DNA of 64,000 bases from sequence record KY794643.1; one strand, 5' to 3'. The translations under genes were made by a program, and so were the position numbers. The notes below the pieces were generated by a model. The model searched no databases, was not told the DNA's origin, and was given only the letters and a program-made list of their open reading frames with translations. This stretch comes from Staphylococcus phage vB_Sau_S24. Positions 38,089 to 47,898 of the stretch are shown here, in pieces. The number at the start of each line of letters is the position of its first letter. Within the stretch, counting starts at the first letter, position 1.

Positions 38089-38796
38089 CTAATCCCCCAA
38101 TTTAATAAGTGGTAAATCTATATCCCTAAATACAGCACCTACATCACATAACAACATATCATTATGTTCTTCTACTTCTCCGCTAATAGTGGGTGTGTGC
38201 CCGCATACGTGAATAAAGCCATCATTACGTGGTTGGAAATCTCTTGACCATAGTAGTTGGTATTTGGTTTGGTTTTTAGCAGGGTTCCAACTAACTCCAC
38301 CTGAATGCGTAAACTCATATTTATCTTGCTTATATATAACAGCACAGTTATGCATTAGTATTTTAAACTTTCTATAGTCTTCAGACTCTTTGAATTCCCT
38401 AATTTCTTCAACGAATTTATCGAAGTATTCTCTATAAAACTCATTTTGATTTAACTCAAAGCTCTTTAATGGTGTTGTGTCAATACCGTACGACTCTAGT
38501 GTTTCTATACAGTACCTTGCAAACCATTCAACATTATATATATCCAGTTTATCAATATTTTCTATACTATGCCAAAATGCATCATCATGATTTCCTAATA
38601 ACGGTATAATGTCATCATCGTTTGAGACTCTTTCAAAAACGTAATTAACTACCTCTCTAGATTTATCCCCTCTATCAATATAATCTCCTAAAAATACTAT
38701 AACATCTTCAGGTTGTCTTTCCTTGTCTATCTTATTCATAATTGTTATTAGTTTTTCATATTCTCCATGAATATCAGGTACTACGTATATAGCCAT
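38089..38796 (-). CDS. serine/threonine protein phosphatase (calcineurin-like metallophosphoesterase)
   Basis: Motifs DIHG, GDYIDRG, GNHD, HGG…GH. Confidence 0.8.
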   Translation of the reverse strand: MAIYVVPDIHGEYEKLITIMNKIDKERQPEDVIVFLGDYIDRGDKSREVVNYVFERVSNDDDIIPLLGNHDDAFWHSIENIDKLDIYNVEWFARYCIETLESYGIDTTPLKSFELNQNEFYREYFDKFVEEIREFKESEDYRKFKILMHNCAVIYKQDKYEFTHSGGVSWNPAKNQTKYQLLWSRDFQPRNDGFIHVCGHTPTISGEVEEHNDMLLCDVGAVFRDIDLPLIKLGD

Positions 38797-38970
38797 TTAA
38801 TCTCCTCCTTATTGTATATAACTATCTTACCATACTTATTTATAAAAGTCAATAAAAAAACACCTATTAATTAAAATAGGTGTAGAAAGAAATCCACATA
38901 TACTCAAGATATACTAGACTTCTCTAATTAATCATTATATATTTCGTTTTCTTATGTAATTATAGATAAT

Positions 38971-39040
38971 ACTGGAAGGATTTGAACCTACGCCACAAAG
39001 ACCGTGTCTCCTGCTCTACCAAACTGAGCTACATGTATTA
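38971..39040 (-). tRNA. tRNA-like sequence (isotype not resolved)
   Basis: Minus-strand reading contains a canonical D-arm AGCTCAGTTTGGTAGAGC and T-loop GGTTCAAATCC. I could not close the anticodon stem by eye, so this may be a pseudo-tRNA or I mis-set the boundaries. Confidence 0.4.
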
Positions 39041-39052
39041 TCTATTAATTTC

Positions 39053-39136
39053 AGTGGGAAAGTTGGTATCGAACCAACATTTTATCTCGGTGCATACCCA
39101 AGACGTGTAGAGTATACCTCTCTACTGCCTACCTAA
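39053..39136 (-). tRNA. tRNA-like sequence with long variable region (possibly Tyr-type, anticodon GTA in a 6-bp stem-loop) or degenerate tRNA
   Basis: Perfect 7-bp acceptor pairing GTGGGAA/TTCCCAC, T-arm GTTGGTTCGATACCAAC, internal stem GTAGAG-aggtata-CTCTAC. Confidence 0.4.
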
Positions 39137-39565
39137 GGTTTCCCACTATGTATTAGCTCACACCTACGTAAGGCAATGAGCTTAGTTATTTAGATACTGG
39201 AGTTGGAAGGGTATTACCACTCAGAATCAACAGCCAGATACAAAGCCTCTGCCGGGCAACATACGGTATCTCTCGTACATCAGGTTGACTAGACCTTTAG
39301 AGATTTTCACTCCTTCTCTTATAACCAGTAACTTAAGAGAAATAGGATTTACTCAGTAGATATGAAACAATAAATCCACATACAATATTAAATCATAGTC
39401 AAGTAATTGCACATATGTCTAACACCTATAAGTTTTTTGCTAGCCTGGTATATGTATAACCGACCCTACCATAGGTCGGTTTATCCTCTAATTAGCGGTT
39501 AGAAGGACGTTTAAATGAATAATAACTACTTTACTATTACAGTATACCACAAAATATATACTGTG

Positions 39566-40111
39566 TCAAGTTAATTTATAAATAGAGTCTATAATTTTTT
39601 TAGTACTTCTTATATCTGCTTCTTTACTGTGCTTAAGTAAATATTCTAATTTCATTAAAAAAGATTTTTTTCTACTTTCTAAAGAATTCTGTTTGTTATC
39701 ATATTCTGAATACATCATAACATCTATAAATATATTATTTCTATCATGTGAAGGCATACTTATAGAGAAAGGTGAATCAAAGGTTATATCATCTTTATTA
39801 ATACTGAAATCTTCAGTAATATGTGAGTCATTTATTTTAGACACTTCAAAGTACCCATCAACTCTTTTAAGTTCTATAGTACTATTATATCTGTAGTAAC
39901 GTTGTTCTTCTATTAATTTCTCTTTTGTTAGATAGGGATATTCATTGATAACTATGTCATTAGTAGTGTCGTAATTGTCTTTAATATATTCAGCATCTTC
40001 TAATGAATAAGTATACCCTAAAACTTCATACTTTGTGTCAACTACAGTGTACTCCCAATGGTCATAGTCCTTTTCCTCTACTTCTTCTTCTATTATATAA
40101 ATTTTTTCCAT
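39566..40111 (-). CDS. hypothetical protein
   Basis: ORF track. Confidence 0.45.
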   Translation of the reverse strand: MEKIYIIEEEVEEKDYDHWEYTVVDTKYEVLGYTYSLEDAEYIKDNYDTTNDIVINEYPYLTKEKLIEEQRYYRYNSTIELKRVDGYFEVSKINDSHITEDFSINKDDITFDSPFSISMPSHDRNNIFIDVMMYSEYDNKQNSLESRKKSFLMKLEYLLKHSKEADIRSTKKIIDSIYKLT

Positions 40112-40114
40112 ATA

Positions 40115-40330
40115 TTACTCCTGAACACCGATAAGATTTTTAAGTTTGGCTATAACCTCTTCTTCTGTTTGGTAAGAAAAGACTCCTGTAATGTGTTCAT
40201 AGTTACCTACAATCTCATAATAACCTTCATAATAATCTACTAAGTACGAGTTATTAAGTAAATTTAATCCTCCATCTCTATAACTAAAGTTAATGTTATA
40301 GTCCATTAAAAACGCTACAATATTTTTCAT
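40115..40330 (-). CDS. hypothetical small protein
   Basis: ORF track; tightly packed with neighbours. Confidence 0.4.
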   Translation of the reverse strand: MKNIVAFLMDYNINFSYRDGGLNLLNNSYLVDYYEGYYEIVGNYEHITGVFSYQTEEEVIAKLKNLIGVQE

Positions 40331-41079
40331 TTATTTACCCCTCTTCCACTGTATTCTTTTGTAAGAAATTCTACAGTTTTATTTTTTAGAGATTCTTCAA
40401 CTAAGCCCATTGCAACTCTATAATGTTGCATACTAGACTCATTTTCTTTTAACTTTCTTTTTACTTCATTGATAATAGGTTCTACTTTACTAACTAGGTC
40501 GTCTCTTTTTTCTAGACTTACGTTACTTCTTTTATTATCTAATACCTCTACTGGCATATGTTTTACTTTTGCAAAATCTTTATAACTGACTTGTAAGTTA
40601 TCTAAATCATCTAATAGTTCATTATAATATTCTAAATGATTATAGAATGTATAGAATTTAACTAAGTCTTTACCTGTCAATTCCTTCTTTTTAAGAATAC
40701 TATTAATATTACCCATTACTGAGTAAGCTAAAGTTTTAAAATTAGCTCTCACATAAGTCAGAAATACAAAGTCATCATAGAATAAATCTAAAACTTCTTT
40801 ATTAAATCTAGTATTTTTAGCCTGCTCTAATTGAGCACATAAGTTAAGAACATTATCAAATCCACTTTTTAGGATTAAACTTATAAACCTCTCTACAGCG
40901 TAGTATCTTGACACTTCTGTATGTTTACTTGATTTCTCATTATTACGAAAAACTGTATCTGATAAGGGTTGAACTACTAAGCTCATATAATCCCTATCTG
41001 AATGTTCATCCGATGTTCCTTGATACGTACTACCAAATTCTATTTTCGATAATAAAACACATTTTTCTAAATTCATCAA
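40327..41079 (-). CDS. predicted pol-beta-superfamily nucleotidyltransferase
   Basis: N-terminal GS-x(3)-G-x(5)-SD-x-D motif (FGSTYQGTSDEHSDRDYM). Confidence 0.5.
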   Translation of the reverse strand: MMNLEKCVLLSKIEFGSTYQGTSDEHSDRDYMSLVVQPLSDTVFRNNEKSSKHTEVSRYYAVERFISLILKSGFDNVLNLCAQLEQAKNTRFNKEVLDLFYDDFVFLTYVRANFKTLAYSVMGNINSILKKKELTGKDLVKFYTFYNHLEYYNELLDDLDNLQVSYKDFAKVKHMPVEVLDNKRSNVSLEKRDDLVSKVEPIINEVKRKLKENESSMQHYRVAMGLVEESLKNKTVEFLTKEYSGRGVNK

Positions 41080-41212
41080 TGTATCCTCCTTTATTGTTAA
41101 CTTAATTATACCATATCAATATCGTCTTGTCTATATTTAAAGTATTCATAAACTTTAAATAATATAACTCCTAGTGTTACTAATCCTAAAATATATTTCA
41201 TAACAATCCTCC

Positions 41213-41452
41213 TTAATAGCCATGTCTAGTTAACCATCCATCCATAGCCATAGCATACTCTTCTTCATTTTTAACTCTTATAATACTCTCAATCTCTTCT
41301 TTTGCTTGTCTAGAATCCATGAAATCAATATCTACTATATCTAAATTTGTGTAATCAATATTTTCTTTTATAAACTCTTTCTGTGATGATGTTATAGAAT
41401 TAACTCTTACATTTTCGTGATTTAAAAATTGATAGAAGTCCATATTATTCAC
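41213..41452 (-). CDS. hypothetical protein
   Basis: ORF track. Confidence 0.4.
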   Translation of the reverse strand: MNNMDFYQFLNHENVRVNSITSSQKEFIKENIDYTNLDIVDIDFMDSRQAKEEIESIIRVKNEEEYAMAMDGWLTRHGY

Positions 41453-41831
41453 CTTCTTTTAAACAGTCTGCCATATCTTTTAAAGTATTAAGTACATATT
41501 TCAAATCTCTATAGTGGTCGTCAGAAGAATAAATAGTATAGTAAGGTATCATATCACTATAATGGGCACAATCAAATCCCAATACTATGTAATCACCTTC
41601 TTGCTCATCATACGTAATACCTCCATGAGAAAAGTTTTCTATAGCATTAAACTTCTCTTCAGTTATGTCGGTAGGTACATTAATATACCCATTCAAATGC
41701 CCCATGTCAGGGTGACGCTTAACCGTTAATTCTATACCTCTATAATCTATATTTAAAGTTAAGTCCTCTCCTAATATATTATCCTCTTTGGCTATAGTTT
41801 TCATAACATGTTCCGGTGCTTTTTCAAACAT
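41445..41831 (-). CDS. hypothetical protein
   Basis: ORF track. Confidence 0.45.
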   Translation of the reverse strand: MFEKAPEHVMKTIAKEDNILGEDLTLNIDYRGIELTVKRHPDMGHLNGYINVPTDITEEKFNAIENFSHGGITYDEQEGDYIVLGFDCAHYSDMIPYYTIYSSDDHYRDLKYVLNTLKDMADCLKEGE

Positions 41832-42143
41832 AATGTATACCTCCTTTTATTTATAATTCTACTATACACTATTTTTTATGTTTTGTCAACAAAAAAAAGG
41901 CTACTAATTAAAGTAGCCTTAAAAATTAATTACTTAACCTTATATTTCCATTGCCAGTAACCATTTTTCTGTGAGAACTCAAAGTGAAAACCGTCATAGT
42001 CAAATTCAATATTATAGTCCCCATCTTGAAGCGGTTTTGAATTTAGTACAGGACTATTACTCTTTGCCAATTCTGCTAGAAACTCATGATTTACTTTTTC
42101 CATATGGTTTATTCCTCCTAGTTATTCTTACAGTATTAATATA

Positions 42144-42626
42144 TCACAGGTCTTTTTCTAGGTCGGTTTTAAACTTCTCCTCATATGAGCTAGCATAAGT
42201 TACTTCATACCCTATTATCTTAGTATAATCTATACATAGTAATTTGTAATTGGACTTTATTTTAATGTCTTCTGCTTGTTCTATTTTGTTGATAATTTCA
42301 TCTAGTTCATCTGAAGAATAGTGTTCATTATCTACCTTTATTGTTTTTCCTTGGGTATAGATATCAATTTCTTGTATCATCATTTCATCCTTTTGATTAT
42401 TCATTATTTGGTTATACGTTTCTAAATCATCAATGTTATCTGTATCTGAACCTTTCACTAACCACTCTCCCCTCTTCTTAAGGAGGTCGTCAAACTTCTC
42501 ACGCTCTTTAATTATCTTTTCTACTTCACTCGGTATCAAAACAGCCCTAGCGTAGTTTATATGCCACATAGACATATTATCAACAAGATAATTAACCATT
42601 CTTATAAGTTCCTTCTCGTTTGCCAT
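42144..42626 (-). CDS. hypothetical protein
   Basis: ORF track. Confidence 0.45.
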   Translation of the reverse strand: MANEKELIRMVNYLVDNMSMWHINYARAVLIPSEVEKIIKEREKFDDLLKKRGEWLVKGSDTDNIDDLETYNQIMNNQKDEMMIQEIDIYTQGKTIKVDNEHYSSDELDEIINKIEQAEDIKIKSNYKLLCIDYTKIIGYEVTYASSYEEKFKTDLEKDL

Positions 42627-42675
42627 ATACCAACCTCCTTATATCTAATACTAATATAAGAGAAAAGCAGACCTA

Positions 42676-43212
42676 TTAAAGGTCTGCCTCTTCTTTTAAT
42701 CCTAACTTTCTATCTTTAGTAAAGGGAATCGTTTTTCTATTTCCTGTTAATAGGGTTAGCTCTCTAGCCTTTTCTTTAGATAATGTTACTAACCCATTAT
42801 AATTATCTACTTTAGCATTATATTGTTGTACTAAAAATTCTATCTCATCTAATATACATCCTAATTCTCCTGATTTAACTCCAAGTAATTTTCTGTACAT
42901 TTCATAATCTTTAGAGAGGATTTCTACTTTATTTTTAGATAAAGAGTCATAAACAGCTTGTAAATTACCTTCTTCAATAAGTTTAAAATTATGCTCTCCA
43001 ATGATTAATTCTTCTTCGGACGAATCAAGAGTTACTAAACCGCTTGTTGTATAATCTTCTGTAACGTTTACAACAACACCTTCAGTTACTTTGTCACCTA
43101 ATTCAATAGTCCCATCTTCATTTTCTTTAAATTTACGAGCATCGTATACTTCTACTTTGTCACCTAGTCTTAAATCTTGGGTTAAGTTATGTTTACCTAT
43201 AATTCTATCCAT
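42676..43212 (-). CDS. hypothetical protein
   Basis: ORF track. Confidence 0.45.
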   Translation of the reverse strand: MDRIIGKHNLTQDLRLGDKVEVYDARKFKENEDGTIELGDKVTEGVVVNVTEDYTTSGLVTLDSSEEELIIGEHNFKLIEEGNLQAVYDSLSKNKVEILSKDYEMYRKLLGVKSGELGCILDEIEFLVQQYNAKVDNYNGLVTLSKEKARELTLLTGNRKTIPFTKDRKLGLKEEADL

Positions 43213-43745
43213 TACGCATTCTCTCCTTTATTAATAGGGTCTTGTGTTAAAAACATTTCTAAATTATCTTTTGTAATAGGGAACCAAAAATACTGACTGT
43301 CCGGAGTTGAAACCGTGTAAAAGTCCTCTCCTTCATTTACTACAATATTTACTGGAATGAATTCATCTTGCATTAACCAATGAGTAACAACTATATCATA
43401 AGAACCGTCACCACTATAACTTAAGTCTAATCCATGTTTATATGCTAAATCTTCTAAATATTCTAATAAATCATTTTTTGTATCGGGTTTTTCTTCTATA
43501 GGATTATCTTTAATAGGGTTAATTAGCTCTTTACAAACGATATTATATAATTCACCATCTGTAACTTCGTAATTCTTTTTAATCAATACATCTTGAATTT
43601 TATCAATTGAATTTGTAACTACTTCTGCGTATTCTTCTTCTGTAAACTTACATTTATCTAAATCAACATCAGTAATTAATTCTGCAATCCATTTATTTAA
43701 AATTGATACCGCCATTGTTCTAGAAATAATATTATCATATGTCAT
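43212..43745 (-). CDS. hypothetical protein
   Basis: ORF track; start overlaps the next gene. Confidence 0.45.
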   Translation of the reverse strand: MTYDNIISRTMAVSILNKWIAELITDVDLDKCKFTEEEYAEVVTNSIDKIQDVLIKKNYEVTDGELYNIVCKELINPIKDNPIEEKPDTKNDLLEYLEDLAYKHGLDLSYSGDGSYDIVVTHWLMQDEFIPVNIVVNEGEDFYTVSTPDSQYFWFPITKDNLEMFLTQDPINKGENA

Positions 43746-43914
43746 ATTTATTTAATCTCCTTGTTTAGGTGAATGTGGTCTTCTAATGAAAAATCTAAAG
43801 GCACTACACCATTTCTTTTAGTATTTTTTTCTTTTTTAAGTATAACACATACTATTGGAAAAGTCAAGACAGTTGCTATTAACGTTATTGAAATTTTATT
43901 TAACTTTTCCATAA

Positions 43915-44196
43915 CTATTCTAACTCCTTAAGTTTATTCCTTACTTTATCTTTATCATACTTATAATCCTTCTCGGATGTATTCTCTATTTTTTCTTCTT
44001 CGTTAAGCTCCCTATATTGTGCTTCTTCTACTTTCTGTTCCTCTTTATCAGAACCTTCTTTAGATTCTCTCACCTCTTGAACCTTACCTTGATTACTAGA
44101 ACCTCCAATTTTTTTTCTAAAAAGAAACCAAAGTATTAGTAAAACTATGAATAAAATAATAATGCTTAGTACAACAGCCCAAATATTATTAACCAT
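43915..44196 (-). CDS. small membrane-anchored charged protein
   Basis: N-terminal TM then Lys/Glu-rich tail. Confidence 0.45.
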   Translation of the reverse strand: MVNNIWAVVLSIIILFIVLLILWFLFRKKIGGSSNQGKVQEVRESKEGSDKEEQKVEEAQYRELNEEEKIENTSEKDYKYDKDKVRNKLKELE

Positions 44197-45041
44197 TACA
44201 ACCTACCTCCAAATAATTTTTTTACAGCTTTTAAGTTTTCTGATGAATCGTTATTTATATTAATTCCAGTGCTAGAATCAAAAATTACAGCATTATCAAG
44301 TAAACTCTCTTTAAGTTCATTTTCATAACTACTTTTACCGGTTACACTACCATAACCATCGTGTGTTAAATCAGTCATATCAGATTCAACTTCTAATACT
44401 CTAAACGAAACTCTACGTAAAAATGACGGGTTTACTAAATAAAACGATGATTTAAAAACATTTAATCTTTGATAAGAGTGCTTTATGTTAACAACAAACC
44501 CTGTAAGTTTACCTGTGTAACTTGAGTTTGACAGTTTACCTAAGTATAGATTTATACTATACCCTTTTGTTTCTAATGTTTGGATAGCACTTAACATTAT
44601 AGCACCTCTATAAGCAAGATTCTCAGGGTCTTCCATCCAACTTATACTAGAATTATAGAATACATCAATGACTTTCTTCTCTGCCTTAACTCTTTGTTGA
44701 GACATCATAGAGTTAGGTAAACCCTTTATAGCATTAGGTACGTGAGGTTGATAACCTTCCGGAGCTATAACCGGTTTTCTTTTTACAGATTTATCCATTC
44801 TGAATAATGCATCAGTCATCTTTTTAAGTTTAACAACCATGTCATAAGACTCTCTATCTCCCTTAACCATTAAGTTATAGGCTTCATTAAAGCTGTGAGT
44901 ACCTGTGAAATCGTAGCTACCTGTATCTGATGAGTTGTCTCTACCTGAAACTCTATTCTTTTTTAAAGCAGAAAAGAAATCAGGTAGACCATCATATTTA
45001 ATTACATTTAATTTTGAGTTATCTATTAATCGTCTACCCAT
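44196..45041 (-). CDS. hypothetical protein, translationally coupled partner of the AAA ATPase
   Basis: Starts 12 nt after the AAA ATPase stop. Confidence 0.45.
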   Translation of the reverse strand: MGRRLIDNSKLNVIKYDGLPDFFSALKKNRVSGRDNSSDTGSYDFTGTHSFNEAYNLMVKGDRESYDMVVKLKKMTDALFRMDKSVKRKPVIAPEGYQPHVPNAIKGLPNSMMSQQRVKAEKKVIDVFYNSSISWMEDPENLAYRGAIMLSAIQTLETKGYSINLYLGKLSNSSYTGKLTGFVVNIKHSYQRLNVFKSSFYLVNPSFLRRVSFRVLEVESDMTDLTHDGYGSVTGKSSYENELKESLLDNAVIFDSSTGININNDSSENLKAVKKLFGGRL

Positions 45042-45052
45042 TGTTTTTCCTC

Positions 45053-46192
45053 CTATTCTAATCCTAGTTTATCCATAATAGTGTCAAAGTCCATTGAATC
45101 ACTAGATGAGCTTTGAGTTTTTCCTGGTTCTTGTTTAGGCTCTTGTCTAGGTTCTTGTTTAATACCCAAAAGATTTTTTGTTGCTTCTGTGTATCTATTA
45201 CCTTCAGGTAAAGAACTAATAAACTGATTAATCTCGTCTTTTGGTACAGACTTGAAGATGATACTTTCTACAACAAACTCATCATCCATTACTCCGTCTA
45301 ATTTACTTCCATTAATAATTGCACGCATTGAGAAGACGTAAGGTAATCCTTTTTCATCATTTTCATATCTTAATTTTTGTACAAAGTTTACTAAGTCTTC
45401 ATTACTTGATAGTTGGTGCTCTACCTTATTATCATAATCAAATTCAACTTGAGCAAATCGGTCTAATGTAGCTCCATCTAGTTGTTGTCTACCTACGTAA
45501 ATGTGGTCTGCTCCAGTTCCCATAGTATTACCTGCTGATACTACTCTAAAGTCTTCATGTGCTGAAACACGACCAGTTGGGAAGTCAAAGTATTTATTTG
45601 CAATAGCTGAGTTAAGAATTAATAATACTTCAGGAATAGAAGCATCCATTTCATCTAAGAAGAATAATCCTCCGTTTGTAAATGCTTTATAGAATTGAGT
45701 TTCATGAAACTTACCATTTGCATCAATAAATCCTGTTAATTTAAATTCTTGAGTGATTGCATTACTGAAATAGAAGTCTAGGTCTAAGGCTTCTGCTACT
45801 TGCTCTAATACATGGTTCTTACCTGAACCTGCTCCACCTTTTAAAAACACTGGAATGTTTTGGTTAACCAGTTTCAAGATATCTTGGTATCTGTAATGGA
45901 AGATTCCTGAGATATCCTTAATTGTTTTTCCTTCTTGTTGTAATTCAATCTTAACTGGTAAGTTATTAAGCTGTTCCGCTACATATTCTTCAATTTGTTT
46001 TTTAACATCAGTAATAATGAATTCTCTACTCTCAGTTCCTGCTTTCTCAACAATTGCATCTACAATTGCTTGTTCATAAGGATTAGAGTTCTTCTCTCCT
46101 AGTTTCTCTGATAGTTCCTTTGTTGTTTCCATTTGTTGTTCTACCAATTTCTCTAATCTTTCAATAGTATCTTGCTTTGCCATAATTATCAT
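45053..46192 (-). CDS. AAA-family ATPase (MoxR/AAA_5-like)
   Basis: Walker A GGAGSGKN, Walker B LFFLDEMD; coiled-coil N-terminus. Confidence 0.7.
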   Translation of the reverse strand: MIIMAKQDTIERLEKLVEQQMETTKELSEKLGEKNSNPYEQAIVDAIVEKAGTESREFIITDVKKQIEEYVAEQLNNLPVKIELQQEGKTIKDISGIFHYRYQDILKLVNQNIPVFLKGGAGSGKNHVLEQVAEALDLDFYFSNAITQEFKLTGFIDANGKFHETQFYKAFTNGGLFFLDEMDASIPEVLLILNSAIANKYFDFPTGRVSAHEDFRVVSAGNTMGTGADHIYVGRQQLDGATLDRFAQVEFDYDNKVEHQLSSNEDLVNFVQKLRYENDEKGLPYVFSMRAIINGSKLDGVMDDEFVVESIIFKSVPKDEINQFISSLPEGNRYTEATKNLLGIKQEPRQEPKQEPGKTQSSSSDSMDFDTIMDKLGLE

Positions 46193-46333
46193 TCTCCTTT
46201 AATTTGTTATACATTTATTATAATACAAGTATTTGCATTTGTCAACAACTTTCTAAAACTTTTTTTAGTTGTTAATAAAAAAATACCTTACACCTATAAC
46301 TTAACATAGGGTAAGGTAATTGTCAACACTTTT

Positions 46334-46675
46334 TTAAAAATACTTTGAATTAAAAAAGTCATCTATATCTTCAGTATCGTGTGTCTCCATATAATACATA
46401 AACATACAATTATATGTATGGTTATTCACTATTTCTAGCATATTATGCATAGAAGTTGCCTTATTTAATTCTTTTAAATCAATAGTTATTGTAAGTTCTT
46501 GTCCTTCATAAAGAATGTTTGCTATATAATATTTTTTAACACCTTCCATTGTTCCATGAGAAGTTTCATTATGATTAATAACTTCTATACCTAATGAAGG
46601 TAAATACTTTGAAAAATAGTATTTACAGAAATATATAAAATTGTCTGTTCTTTTAGACACGTGTACTATCTCCAT
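46334..46675 (-). CDS. hypothetical protein
   Basis: ORF track. Confidence 0.4.
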   Translation of the reverse strand: MEIVHVSKRTDNFIYFCKYYFSKYLPSLGIEVINHNETSHGTMEGVKKYYIANILYEGQELTITIDLKELNKATSMHNMLEIVNNHTYNCMFMYYMETHDTEDIDDFFNSKYF

Positions 46676-47069
46676 ATTTTATATTCCTTTCTAATCTTAC
46701 ATAGTATGTTTTAATTTTTTGAACTTCTTTTTCTACTGCATCTTTTCTTCCTAGCCTAGTAGTATACTTAACAATATTAAATAACATTGAGTCTACAAAC
46801 CCATCATAAGAAAAATGTTCTTCTAAGAAGGAAATAACATCCTTACTGCCTTTATAGTGCTCAGGTAAATTTGCCTCTACCGATATGTTATAATAGTCTT
46901 CTAGCAAACCAATACTTTCACCTAAACTAGTTAAAGCATAATCTAAATCATTAGAGTCATTAGACCATTCTTTAGATACTGATAACGCATCCTCTATAAT
47001 TGTTATTTTTAATTTATCTAGATAATCTTCTACTTGAGCCTGTGTTTTCATAAATTCTTTTGCATTCAT
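46653..47069 (-). CDS. hypothetical protein
   Basis: ORF track. Confidence 0.45.
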   Translation of the reverse strand: MNAKEFMKTQAQVEDYLDKLKITIIEDALSVSKEWSNDSNDLDYALTSLGESIGLLEDYYNISVEANLPEHYKGSKDVISFLEEHFSYDGFVDSMLFNIVKYTTRLGRKDAVEKEVQKIKTYYVRLERNIKYGDSTRV

Positions 47070-47202
47070 TTAATACCCTCCTAAATTGTATATAAAAAAA
47101 CACCCTGCTTGGTTACAAGCAAGGTGAAAAAGGAAAGATATTATGGAAGTGTACTATCTAAGTACACCTCATAATATAACAGTTTTCCTTGCCAGTTATT
47201 CC

Positions 47203-47505
47203 TTATTTTTTAAGGTCTTCTTCCTTAACAAATACTCCATTAATAAGTTTTCCTTTACGGTCTTTTATTTCATCATATGCCATATCAATGCACTCTTCAA
47301 TATCAATATCTAATTGTAAGCAAAGCACTGTTAATACTACAAATATGTCCCCTACGCTATCTCGTGTTACGTGGTCATTGCTCTTAGCAATTCCTGAAGC
47401 TAATTCCCCTGCTTCTTCTAATAATTTTAACATCTGTCCTTCAGGTTTACCTGTTTGTAAATTTCTATCTTTTGCCCATTGTTTAATAAGTTCTACTTTT
47501 TCCAT
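47203..47505 (-). CDS. mazG: MazG-like nucleotide pyrophosphohydrolase
   Basis: EEAGELA…, D..GD motifs of all-alpha NTP pyrophosphatase. Confidence 0.7.
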   Translation of the reverse strand: MEKVELIKQWAKDRNLQTGKPEGQMLKLLEEAGELASGIAKSNDHVTRDSVGDIFVVLTVLCLQLDIDIEECIDMAYDEIKDRKGKLINGVFVKEEDLKK

Positions 47506-47693
47506 TATTCTATATCTCCTTTAATTTCTGTATCTTTGATAATTAGATTCTCAGAGTCACTTGTTATATTTAAGTTATCTTCAACTAATTCATGTAGGTT
47601 ATTAGTAATATCTTCTTCATACCGATAACCTACACGAGCATAAGCTTTCACTCTGACATCTATATTAACATAATCTTCTTGGAATTTTTCCAT
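47505..47693 (-). CDS. hypothetical small protein
   Basis: ORF track. Confidence 0.4.
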   Translation of the reverse strand: MEKFQEDYVNIDVRVKAYARVGYRYEEDITNNLHELVEDNLNITSDSENLIIKDTEIKGDIE

Positions 47694-47898
47694 TTCTAAC
47701 TTCCTTTATTATATCATATTGTTATACATTTGTCAATTAATCTGAATAGTTTCCTTTAGCAAGTTGATACTTTTTGTGTAATTCTTCATATACTTTTTCC
47801 ATATCTTTATACTTACGTACGTCTTCTTCAAAATGACTTAAATACTCTATTAGTATTTTAACTTCTTCAGGCTCTAAAGTTATAACTGGTTTGACCAT

